Shown: piece by piece, positions 7,416-14,475 of the stretch
How the letters are laid out: the number at the start of each line of letters is the position of its first letter
Numbering within the stretch: position 1 is the stretch's first letter
DNA from: a virus
Lineage: Duplodnaviria; Caudoviricetes
Strand: one strand, 5' to 3'
DNA: 39,924 nt
IMG/VR virus record: IMGVR_UViG_3300025167_000028
Location: 1 to 39,924 of that record
The notes under the pieces: model-generated
Seen by the model: the letters and a program-made list of their open reading frames with translations, nothing else
Database searches by the model: none
Told to the model about the DNA's origin: nothing
Program-made: the position numbers and the translations under genes

Positions 7416-7987
7416 CAGAATCCAATGTCATCGTCAAAATCAGGAAAATCAGGAGAAGACTCTTGCTTGTTTGTTGATCGGTTGATTTTCTTGGATAGCC
7501 ACTCCGGCAGTTTGCTGAATTGATCCTCATCCGGCGCGTCGAGAGAGAAAGAAATAAGATCGTTCACGGGTTCCGGTTTCACAGTCCCTTTAGGAAGGGA
7601 GGCGACGGTTTTGACGTTTGCATATTGTTTGCCGGTTTTTGAAATTGTGTGAATCACCGTCAACATGCAGGGCGCGCCAAGAATTTTAAAAATATCGAAA
7701 CCCCCCAGTTCCTCCTCGGTAAAAGCCCGCCCCCGCCAGGACACCAAGTCCTGAGCCAAGTTCGAGTCTGGATGCAGCGAGGCGGTATATTCCTTTGCGA
7801 TCATGAAGGGACGACCATCTTCCATAAGCTCATTGGGAAATTCCCACCCCACGCGAATTTTGTGCTTCGCCCCAAACGGGGTATTTTGAGACCCCAGATC
7901 TACCACCATGTAACACCGGGCTATATGCGTTCCCTGCGGAGCAAGTTGAAATTCCCCTTCCGGTGGCTTGCGAATAATCAGCGTCAT
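7415..7987 (-). CDS. ssDNA-binding/recombination-associated protein
   Basis: GTHIARCYMVVDLG N-terminus, acidic tail DFDDDIGF, adjacent to the exonuclease. Confidence 0.7.
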   Translation of the reverse strand: MTLIIRKPPEGEFQLAPQGTHIARCYMVVDLGSQNTPFGAKHKIRVGWEFPNELMEDGRPFMIAKEYTASLHPDSNLAQDLVSWRGRAFTEEELGGFDIFKILGAPCMLTVIHTISKTGKQYANVKTVASLPKGTVKPEPVNDLISFSLDAPDEDQFSKLPEWLSKKINRSTNKQESSPDFPDFDDDIGF

Positions 7988-8169
7988 TTCACGATCTCCT
8001 CGTAATTGATCCCGCACTCAAAACATAAATGTTTAAATTCCTCAGTCACCCCGGAGTGCTTGATCGCTGCATAGACTTTACGCAAACACTCAAATGTATA
8101 ATATTCCCGTTCTTCAAGGTCGCGCCGCTGTTCTTCATTCCAATCCGTTTCACCCATCATTTCTTTCAT
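7984..8169 (-). CDS. hypothetical protein
   Basis: GGAGG RBS; coupled to the next gene. Confidence 0.6.
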   Translation of the reverse strand: MKEMMGETDWNEEQRRDLEEREYYTFECLRKVYAAIKHSGVTEEFKHLCFECGINYEEIVK

Positions 8170-8458
8170 CGGCAACCTCCTTCTCAGCTTGTTGAAAGGC
8201 GCTATCCGCCAAGTAGTCTTTGACGAGCCCAGCTAATAGTTGGCCGACATAAGGCACGCCGATATAAGCATTATCTGTTTTGAGGCAGTCGGCGATTTCA
8301 GACATCTCTTTTCTGTCGCGGTTATAAGCCCAGGTAACCGCCTGAGAGACGATGTAAGCATCAATGTGTCGAAGATTCAGCGCATAGATTTCGTCTGCGC
8401 GACCGGATATATCCTGTCTGTTTTCAGATTCAACGTCATAGATCGGATGTACCTCCAT
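8150..8458 (-). CDS. hypothetical protein
   Basis: AAGGAG RBS before MEVHPIY. Confidence 0.65.
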   Translation of the reverse strand: MEVHPIYDVESENRQDISGRADEIYALNLRHIDAYIVSQAVTWAYNRDRKEMSEIADCLKTDNAYIGVPYVGQLLAGLVKDYLADSAFQQAEKEVADERNDG

Positions 8459-8586
8459 AAGATTCTCCTTTTTAAAGATTCCCGCCACCCTCCGACGGGA
8501 CGCCCAATAAGGGCGGAGCTTCGGGAAGACCCCAGGAACGCTGCTCATCACGTCAGACTTTAGTCGTCTCCGAGGCAATTCATAGT

Positions 8587-8617
8587 ACCGTTCGTCGGCT
8601 GATTATTGCCGTTCATC
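8587..8617 (+). promoter_or_regulatory. tandem AlgR/LytTR-like boxes
   Basis: ACCGTTCGTC at 8587 and GCCGTTCATC at 8608 (21-bp period). Confidence 0.5.
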
Positions 8618-8629
8618 GTTTGATAGGCG

Positions 8630-8655
8630 GAATTCTGTCTAATACACTGTTAGGC
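8630..8655 (+). other. attI-like recombination site 3
   Basis: GAATTCTGTCTAATACACT-GTTAGGC; preceded by GATAGG as in copy 1. Confidence 0.8.
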
Positions 8656-8916
8656 ATCATTCAGCCATACCTTCACTAATATAAAGTCATGCTTCTTTGC
8701 TACATTAATAGATGGTTGCCATTTCTTGTAAAATGGTTTCATCCATTCCTTTTCGTAGTACAGGAAATCAAACGCCTTCCCCCAAGCTTCGTCTTTATGA
8801 ACAGAAAATGTTTGCTTTACCAGAGTTCCACTAGGCGTTTGCAAACACCAGCCATCATGCCTAACAAGGCCAATCGAGCCGACGCCTTTGCCAGCGTTCC
8901 GTTTCCTGTTAATCAT
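8650..8916 (-). CDS. hypothetical cassette protein
   Basis: Starts in the attC loop (MINRKRNAGKGVGSIGLVR); stop lies in the core. Confidence 0.65.
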   Translation of the reverse strand: MINRKRNAGKGVGSIGLVRHDGWCLQTPSGTLVKQTFSVHKDEAWGKAFDFLYYEKEWMKPFYKKWQPSINVAKKHDFILVKVWLNDA

Positions 8917-8945
8917 TTCGGCTCGGCTCATTGGCATCGTTGGGC
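8859..8945 (+). other. attC-like site
   Basis: R'' GCCTAAC; GCCAATCGAGCCGACGCC pairs with GGCTCGGCTCATTGGC with two extra bases on the left; R' GTTGGGC. Confidence 0.85.
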
Positions 8946-9163
8946 GACAAGTATGTCCTATCTGTTGGTATTACCTTCTCTGCACCGCACTTTGAACATC
9001 GGATAATCAGTAGTGATACATCTCCTTTTTTAGAGCCATCATCTATGCTTATAACGTCGTATCGGTCGTGAGAGACACCAAGGAAAGCGTGTACGCAGAA
9101 TATTTTTTGAATCCAGCCGCCCAACAATTCTTTCAAGCGGACGCTCGGCAACAGCGCAGTCAT
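8909..9163 (-). CDS. hypothetical cassette protein (CxH...CxxC)
   Basis: FCVH...RCSKCG; starts and stops inside attC loops. Confidence 0.7.
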   Translation of the reverse strand: MTALLPSVRLKELLGGWIQKIFCVHAFLGVSHDRYDVISIDDGSKKGDVSLLIIRCSKCGAEKVIPTDRTYLSPNDANEPSRND

Positions 9164-9206
9164 GGTTTATCCTTTGCGGCTCGCGCCGCTTAAAGAAGCG
9201 TTAGGA
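9119..9206 (+). other. attC-like site
   Basis: GCCCAAC-AATTC-TTTCAAGC...GCTTAAA-GAAGC-GTTAGGA. Confidence 0.9.
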
Positions 9207-9318
9207 AATTTTGTTGCGACTTTTGTGAATCTAAAACCCAACGGTCGTTACCAGCGTGCCTCCAGCCGGAACTTATCAAAAGAATTACCTCTGGCTCGTT
9301 AGCATCTATATCGCGCAT
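9190..9318 (-). CDS. short cassette ORF (42 aa), possibly a remnant
   Basis: GGAGG RBS, MRDIDANEPEV...NFLTLL*. Confidence 0.4.
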   Translation of the reverse strand: MRDIDANEPEVILLISSGWRHAGNDRWVLDSQKSQQNFLTLL

Positions 9319-9333
9319 ATTTCCTCCGTTTAC

Positions 9334-9355
9334 GCCTAACAATTCGCTCGTGCGG
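9334..9355 (+). other. attC left arm only
   Basis: GCCTAAC-AATTC-GCTCGTGC-GG, then breaks off. Confidence 0.6.
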
Positions 9356-9360
9356 ATTAG

Positions 9361-9531
9361 CTACGCAGCTTCTTTGATAATCTCACCCGCATATTCCTGC
9401 TCACTCTCATCAAATATGTAGATTTTATGAAAGTCGTCCTCGCAGCAGCTATAAACCAGCAAAATGCGACAAATCGGGCTGATCTCAGCCTGAGGTAGAT
9501 CGCGCTCGTCGTATTGGTGAAGATGTAACAT
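9361..9531 (-). CDS. hypothetical protein
   Basis: AGGA RBS before MLHLHQY; overlaps the end of the Cro-like gene. Confidence 0.5.
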   Translation of the reverse strand: MLHLHQYDERDLPQAEISPICRILLVYSCCEDDFHKIYIFDESEQEYAGEIIKEAA

Positions 9532-9694
9532 CGTTTTTCCTGATTCCGAGTCTTTGTCTAGCGCCCATAATCCGATCGGTCTGAGATTGCGGGAGTATGT
9601 TGGGCCACATATAAACAGCATGCCGTCCTACCCCGAGTGCGGCGGCTAGGGCTTTTACCGAGCCAAACAGGACTATTGCTTGTTGTTTTGTCAT
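9485..9694 (-). CDS. Cro-like HTH transcriptional regulator
   Basis: AIVLFGSVKALAAALGVGRHAVYMW HTH signature, 69 aa. Confidence 0.85.
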   Translation of the reverse strand: MTKQQAIVLFGSVKALAAALGVGRHAVYMWPNILPQSQTDRIMGARQRLGIRKNDVTSSPIRRARSTSG

Positions 9695-9700
9695 AAGTCG

Positions 9701-9729
9701 AAGATAAGCGCAATTACATCTATTGTCAA
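9701..9729 (-). promoter_or_regulatory. sigma70 promoter for the Cro-like gene (probably leaderless)
   Basis: TTGACA-17 nt-TATCTT; ATG begins 7 nt after the -10 element. Confidence 0.7.
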
Positions 9730-9802
9730 ATGTTTTACTTATTCTCGGATCTCGGACGAACGGTAATATTTTGGGCTTGTTATTATTAGTAAACCAGTTT
9801 AC

Positions 9803-9860
9803 ATTTAACGCCGGAAATCACGGGCCGGCGTAGCCGGTCCCGTGGATTGATTTGTTAGGG
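9803..9860 (-). other. attC site on minus strand
   Basis: Minus strand: CCCTAAC-AAATC-AATCCACG...CGTGATT-TCCGGC-GTTAAAT. Confidence 0.9.
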
Positions 9861-9906
9861 CGCATTTGGGAAAGAGCATGAGAACAGAACAGACAGAGGA
9901 TGAATT

Positions 9907-10098
9907 ATGAATAAATCCATGATGCAAAAATCCCTAGACAAACAAATTGAATACATGAAGGAGGAGGTTGCTTGGTATGAAAATAAAGTGATAAGTGGTA
10001 AAGATTGGCTTGATGAATTAAATAATTGTCGGGCAATTCTTAAAACACTTGAAAGTCTCCGAGACGAGCCAACCAAACTGGTAGCAACGGAGAAATAA
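9907..10098 (+). CDS. hypothetical cassette protein
   Basis: 63 aa, GAGGA RBS. Confidence 0.65.
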   Translation: MNKSMMQKSLDKQIEYMKEEVAWYENKVISGKDWLDELNNCRAILKTLESLRDEPTKLVATEK

Positions 10099-10112
10099 AA
10101 TATGGTTAAAAA

Positions 10113-10176
10113 GGTAACAGGCGCATGACGGCAGCTTCATCGCCGGAAGGCGTCCTTGTTGACCGCCTTGTTAGCC
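10113..10176 (-). other. partly degenerate attC (minus strand)
   Basis: Minus strand R'' GGCTAAC-AAGGC-GGTCAACAAGGACGC; partner GGTAACAGGCGC on plus; R' not recognisable. Confidence 0.55.
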
Positions 10177-10754
10177 GGCAATTGCTCGGCTATGACAGGG
10201 CGGCAGCAGCGGACACCATACGGCGCAACCACTACACCCGGAGCGTGCCCAGCGGGAAGAGTCACTACGTCCAGTTTGGCGACGCGATAGTGGTGTGGTC
10301 AATCCCCGCGAACAAGAACATTGCGCGGTTTGTTCTCGGCTGGGCCGGCAACGTGTGGGAGTTGTCGAGGCTGTGGGCACCGGACGGGCACGAGCCGAAC
10401 TTGCTCACGCAAGCCATAAGCGCAGCCGTCAAGGTGATTGTGCGGCTTGAGCGGCCCGACGCGCTGGTGAGCTACGCCGACCCGAACGCGGGGCACAAGG
10501 GCGGGGTTTACAGGGCCGCGTCTTGGCTCTACCACGGCAAGAGCGAAGAAGTGAGGACGTACCGGGCACCAGACGGAACGACCGTAGCGCGCAGGGCTTT
10601 CCATTCCGGGCGGAAGGGGCTGCGAAAGGCTGAGATTGAAGCACTCGGCTACAAGGAAGAAAAGTTGCCCGGCAAAGAACGGTTTGTGCGGCCCATATCA
10701 AAGCGGGCAGCGCGGACTTTGACGGCTAACGCCGGAAATCACGGGCCGGCGTAG
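10125..10754 (+). CDS. Mom-like (GNAT-fold) DNA modification protein
   Basis: RNHY, WELSRLW, LVSYADP..GHKGGVYRAASWLYHG motifs; starts and ends in attC sites. Confidence 0.7.
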   Translation: MTAASSPEGVLVDRLVSRQLLGYDRAAAADTIRRNHYTRSVPSGKSHYVQFGDAIVVWSIPANKNIARFVLGWAGNVWELSRLWAPDGHEPNLLTQAISAAVKVIVRLERPDALVSYADPNAGHKGGVYRAASWLYHGKSEEVRTYRAPDGTTVARRAFHSGRKGLRKAEIEALGYKEEKLPGKERFVRPISKRAARTLTANAGNHGPA

Positions 10755-10781
10755 CCGGTCCCGTGGATTGACTGGTTAGCG
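10724..10781 (-). other. attC site on minus strand (45 bp identical to 9806-9850)
   Basis: Minus strand: CGCTAAC-CAGTC-AATCCACG...CGTGATT-TCCGGC-GTTAGCC. Confidence 0.9.
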
Positions 10782-10802
10782 GTAATTGACAGGAGATAAA
10801 CC

Positions 10803-11090
10803 ATGAAACAACGTAAACCAAAATTGGATTCTAACCGCATTCCTTACGCTGTAGTTTCCATAGATAAATTGATTGAAATAGCAGAAAGGATAGTGAAACT
10901 TGAAAGTGAAGTTGAGCACCTGAAACAAACGGCAGGGAATACAGAGAGCCAGATGATAGAGCTTCTTGTTCCGCATATCTCTGATTTCCGGGACGGAAAA
11001 GTTTTTATCCGCGCCCAGGGCGAAGATGGGGCGATCTATCGTGCCGAGGTTCAAATCGTCGGGGCGGTGGGCGTAGACCCAGAGTATTAA
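10803..11090 (+). CDS. hypothetical cassette protein
   Basis: 95 aa, AGGAG RBS. Confidence 0.7.
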   Translation: MKQRKPKLDSNRIPYAVVSIDKLIEIAERIVKLESEVEHLKQTAGNTESQMIELLVPHISDFRDGKVFIRAQGEDGAIYRAEVQIVGAVGVDPEY

Positions 11091-11093
11091 ATG

Positions 11094-11122
11094 ACCGCTA
11101 ACGCAGAATTGAGGCGCTCGCC
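11094..11122 (-). other. attC half-site (R' arm, minus strand)
   Basis: ACCGCTAAC complements GTTAGCGGT at 10775; encodes MTANAELRRSP*. Confidence 0.55.
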
Positions 11123-11266
11123 ATGAAAGCATAAATGCCCTGACTGTGGGAAGTACGCAATCTGGAAGCTGAGAAAGTTTAAGGCGTTGCGGCTTGCGCC
11201 ATGTGCTTGACCTTGTGCTATGTATACATCATTATGTCGGAACCCTAACAAATCCGACAAAAACTT

Positions 11267-12022
11267 ATGTACACTAAGCTCTATAGAGGAATAGTTGACG
11301 GTTCATTGTACGGCAGAAGGGAGGCATTAACGGTGTTTTTCGTCATGCTGGCCTTAGCAGATCAAGAAGGAATTGTAGATGTTCTTCCTAGAAAGATAGC
11401 CGATATCCTTGGAGAAACAGAAGACTTTGTAACTATCGGACTCGCGGAATTGTCTGCTCCAGACCCCATAAGCCGAACCCCAACCGCAGAGGGCAGACGA
11501 ATTCTTCCCTTGAACGAGCATAGAACTTGGGGCTGGAAAATAACTAATTATGAAGCCTACCGGAAGATTCGAGATGAAGAACAGCGTCGGGAATATCAAC
11601 GTCAGTGGGATAGGAATAAACGTAAACGTCCGACCACAAATCCGACAGCATCCGACAAATCCGACCACATCCGACCAAAAACGACCAATACAGAAGCAGA
11701 AGCAGATACAGAAGCAAAAGTATTAACTACATTAGCTTCGAGCGAGAAAATCTCGCTCTCAGCCGAAGGCGTTTGGCAAAACATCCCGAACTCCCTATTG
11801 GCAACATGGCAAAAAGGGCACCCCGCAGTCAACATTGAGACGGAGCTTTCAAAGGCCGCTGCATGGATTATGGCTAACCCGAAGAACCGAAAGAACAACT
11901 ACGCCCGCTTTTTTACGAACTGGCTGTCCAGATCGCAAGACAACGCGCCCCGCCAAGGCAAAATCCACCGCGCCCTGGAAGCCTGTGACAAGGTGTTTGG
12001 GCCGATGAGGGCGAAGCCATGA
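11267..12022 (+). CDS. phage replication initiator (lambda O-like organisation)
   Basis: N-terminal wHTH-like region, internal iterons, C-terminal FFTNWLSR motif, genomic position. Confidence 0.75.
   Translation: MYTKLYRGIVDGSLYGRREALTVFFVMLALADQEGIVDVLPRKIADILGETEDFVTIGLAELSAPDPISRTPTAEGRRILPLNEHRTWGWKITNYEAYRKIRDEEQRREYQRQWDRNKRKRPTTNPTASDKSDHIRPKTTNTEAEADTEAKVLTTLASSEKISLSAEGVWQNIPNSLLATWQKGHPAVNIETELSKAAAWIMANPKNRKNNYARFFTNWLSRSQDNAPRQGKIHRALEACDKVFGPMRAKP
11629..11675 (+). repeat. iterons / probable replication origin
   Basis: TCCGAC at 11629, 11641, 11651, 11660 and 11670; inverted pair at 11236 and 11253 upstream of the gene. Confidence 0.75.
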
Positions 12023-12594
12023 CCCTCATCGAAACCATCCGCAACGAACTGGCCCGCATGCTGGCCCGCCAGCTCGACTACGCCCCCGCCGCCGACGAGT
12101 TGCCCTTCAGCATCCAGGTCATGTCCGACGACCTCACCAGGCGAGGCCTGGCAGACGACGACGCCGGACGGGTACAGGCCGCGTTCGAGGTCCTCGGGCC
12201 CCAGATCCAACGCTGGCCCACGGCCCGCATGGTCCTAGAATGTCTGCCGGCAAAGGCGACACCCGTGATGCTGCCCGCGCCCAAACCCGACCAGAAGTTT
12301 GTATCGGCACAACTGAACACAACCAAGAAAAACCATGCCCTCCGCTCGGTGCTTCGGCCTGGTGAAAGTTATAATGCCTACATGGATGCAATGCTCGCGT
12401 CTGGTTTACTGCGTGCCGCGTTCGAGGCGCAGCGTCTATTGGCAAATGGCTGGACCGACGATAAGGAGCGCGGATTCAGAACCGCCGCGCATGCGTGCAG
12501 GTTGGGGACATTGCCTGGCGCCACACCGGCAGACATCGCCTTGGCGTCCGACCTCGAAGCAGCAGCCGAACGCGAAGCGATCCAGCGTGAGTAA
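12019..12594 (+). CDS. replication-associated protein (P-like position)
   Basis: ATGA-coupled to the initiator; WPT motif. Confidence 0.55.
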   Translation: MTLIETIRNELARMLARQLDYAPAADELPFSIQVMSDDLTRRGLADDDAGRVQAAFEVLGPQIQRWPTARMVLECLPAKATPVMLPAPKPDQKFVSAQLNTTKKNHALRSVLRPGESYNAYMDAMLASGLLRAAFEAQRLLANGWTDDKERGFRTAAHACRLGTLPGATPADIALASDLEAAAEREAIQRE

Positions 12595-13051
12595 CCGCAA
12601 GCTGAACGAGAAGCATTTTATTCTTCGTTCCAACGCCGTGAGAGATTTTATATGCGACACACTGGAAGCCCTGACGTTCGACCCCGTATATGAAATTATC
12701 ATCCGCCCGTTTGAAAAACACCGTACTCATGGGCAAAATGATCGTTATTGGGCGACGCTGACCGAATGCCTGCGGCAAATCAAGCAAACGGTTTATGGTT
12801 TGGCCGAAAGTTCCGGCCATACTCCGTTGGAAATCAGGCGCCTGATCGCGGCGGATTTATTGCCTGAGCAAATAGCAATTTTATTCGCCAAGACTCCTGA
12901 AACAGTGCACGATGTCCTGAAAGAAATCTGCGACGTACCGACTAGCACCCGGCTGGGGACGAAAGAATTTCAGCGATTTGAGGAACGCATGGAGCAAACG
13001 ATAGCCGAGATTGCGGGGCACGTTGGGGCGTTTAGGGGGCGATTTGAGTAG
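12587..13051 (+). CDS. NinB-like protein
   Basis: FILRS...IIIRPFEKHRTHGQNDRYWA; GTG start. Confidence 0.65.
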   Translation: MSNRKLNEKHFILRSNAVRDFICDTLEALTFDPVYEIIIRPFEKHRTHGQNDRYWATLTECLRQIKQTVYGLAESSGHTPLEIRRLIAADLLPEQIAILFAKTPETVHDVLKEICDVPTSTRLGTKEFQRFEERMEQTIAEIAGHVGAFRGRFE

Positions 13052-13424
13052 TGATCGTCGCAAGCTGGAAAAAAAACTGGATGTTGTTTTTTCGCGTTAT
13101 ATCCGCATGCGAGATAAATTGACATGCCGGCGTTGTCAGAAAAAATACGATAGGTTCTGTATCGGAATTCAATGTAGTCATTTTTGGGGCCGCCGGCATC
13201 GCGCGACTAGGTGGAGTGAGTTAAATTGCATTGCGTTATGTGCTGGTTGTCACATGCATTTGACCGCTAATCCCGCGATACATCATGTCTGGTATATGGA
13301 GCTAATCGGCCCCGGAGCCTACATGCGGCTGGAGCATTTGCATAATAGCTCGCCGAAATTTACTTCGGCGGATTTATCGTTGTTATTGCAAGACTACCGC
13401 AAAAAACTGGAGGCCTTATCTTGA
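13044..13424 (+). CDS. NinG/Rap-like nuclease
   Basis: VFSRYIRMRD..CRRC..CSHF..ATRW..LNCIALCAGCH. Confidence 0.8.
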   Translation: MSSDRRKLEKKLDVVFSRYIRMRDKLTCRRCQKKYDRFCIGIQCSHFWGRRHRATRWSELNCIALCAGCHMHLTANPAIHHVWYMELIGPGAYMRLEHLHNSSPKFTSADLSLLLQDYRKKLEALS

Positions 13425-13651
13425 AAACTTGCATTAGTTGTCACGCCCTCTTAGATCGTGATCCGGCCTGTTCTGATACTAACTGGCGAAGAAAAAAATA
13501 TTGTTCAAAACGCTGTAATGATGCAACGCAAAAACTTCGATATAACGAAAAAAAGAAAAAACGCCTACAATTAAAACAGGAATTTCACGAGAAAAAACAA
13601 GCTCGGGAAACAAGCATACAGTCCTTGTTGTGCTCAAATTGGCGGCTGTAG
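13421..13651 (+). CDS. small Zn-finger-like protein
   Basis: CISC...KYCSKRC. Confidence 0.55.
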   Translation: MKTCISCHALLDRDPACSDTNWRRKKYCSKRCNDATQKLRYNEKKKKRLQLKQEFHEKKQARETSIQSLLCSNWRL

Positions 13652-13862
13652 TGGCTTTCCCTTCGCGGTTTTATCACGATCCTGCAAATGTATTGCAATA
13701 TAACGACCGGTACCGCATCGGGTGTCCGGCCTGCTTGCATTCTCGCTATTTTCGCAAAGGCGATATATGGTATTGTGGTCTTCATATTCAAGGTTTTCCG
13801 AAACTGGGAAGAGATGGTTGTGTGCGATGGAAAAAATCGAATAAAAAATCCTGGGAGAAAAG

Positions 13863-14462
13863 ATGGGACCAGACCGCGCAGCGGAGTTGATTGCCAGATT
13901 GTCCGATCAATGTTCTCAATCCTTGTCTCAATTTCAGACGTGGGGACAGACCATTCGAGGGGATTTTAAGGGTCTAAGCCCGCTTGATATAGCCGCCGCC
14001 CTAGCGGGAGCGCCGGGTGCATCCGGTTTAGTTGTGCGGATCAAATATGCAGGACAATATCGGTATGCTGACGATTTACTTGCGGCTCTAGTGCAAGCCG
14101 TTATGCATGACAGACTGTTGGAGCTAAACCGGATTCACCCATATCGAAAATGGCGCGAACCGTATAAGGGATTTGTTAAAAATCTGTGTTTATTGGCTAT
14201 ACAGGAAACAGCCTCTCCGCAGATTTGTCTATGGTGCGAGGGGGTTGGATCAAGCAAGAATGATTCCAAGATTTATCAATGCGCCGCCTGCCGGGGGACC
14301 GGCCGTAAATGCCATTCTGACCGCGCCAGAGCCGCCGTGATGCATGTTCCACGTGGAACCTGGAGGTATGTGTGGCAAGACCGTTATCGAGCCATACAAG
14401 TGCTCCTAGGGCGTTGGGAGGCAGTGGCTTTACAGCGCACGGTAAAACGCCTTGACATATAG
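13863..14462 (+). CDS. antitermination protein Q-like
   Basis: CLWCEGVG and CAACRGTG motifs; position at end of the nin region. Confidence 0.7.
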   Translation: MGPDRAAELIARLSDQCSQSLSQFQTWGQTIRGDFKGLSPLDIAAALAGAPGASGLVVRIKYAGQYRYADDLLAALVQAVMHDRLLELNRIHPYRKWREPYKGFVKNLCLLAIQETASPQICLWCEGVGSSKNDSKIYQCAACRGTGRKCHSDRARAAVMHVPRGTWRYVWQDRYRAIQVLLGRWEAVALQRTVKRLDI

Positions 14463-14475
14463 CCCATCTCGTCTA

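Noticed and set aside
8460-8580. Two small hairpins upstream of ORF 8150-8458 as a possible ncRNA leader
   Set aside because: No recognisable family and no covariation evidence available
161-8655. The 21-bp repeat as a CRISPR repeat
   Set aside because: Only three copies, kilobases apart, with no regular spacers and no cas genes
360-10781. attC hairpins as rho-independent terminators or REP elements
   Set aside because: No U-tracts; bounded by TAAC/CAAC and GTT boxes with fixed spacing; sequences diverse but architecture conserved
11123-11210. CPDC-containing mini-ORF after the attC half-site
   Set aside because: The ATG is out of frame with the KHKCPDCGK reading; at best a remnant
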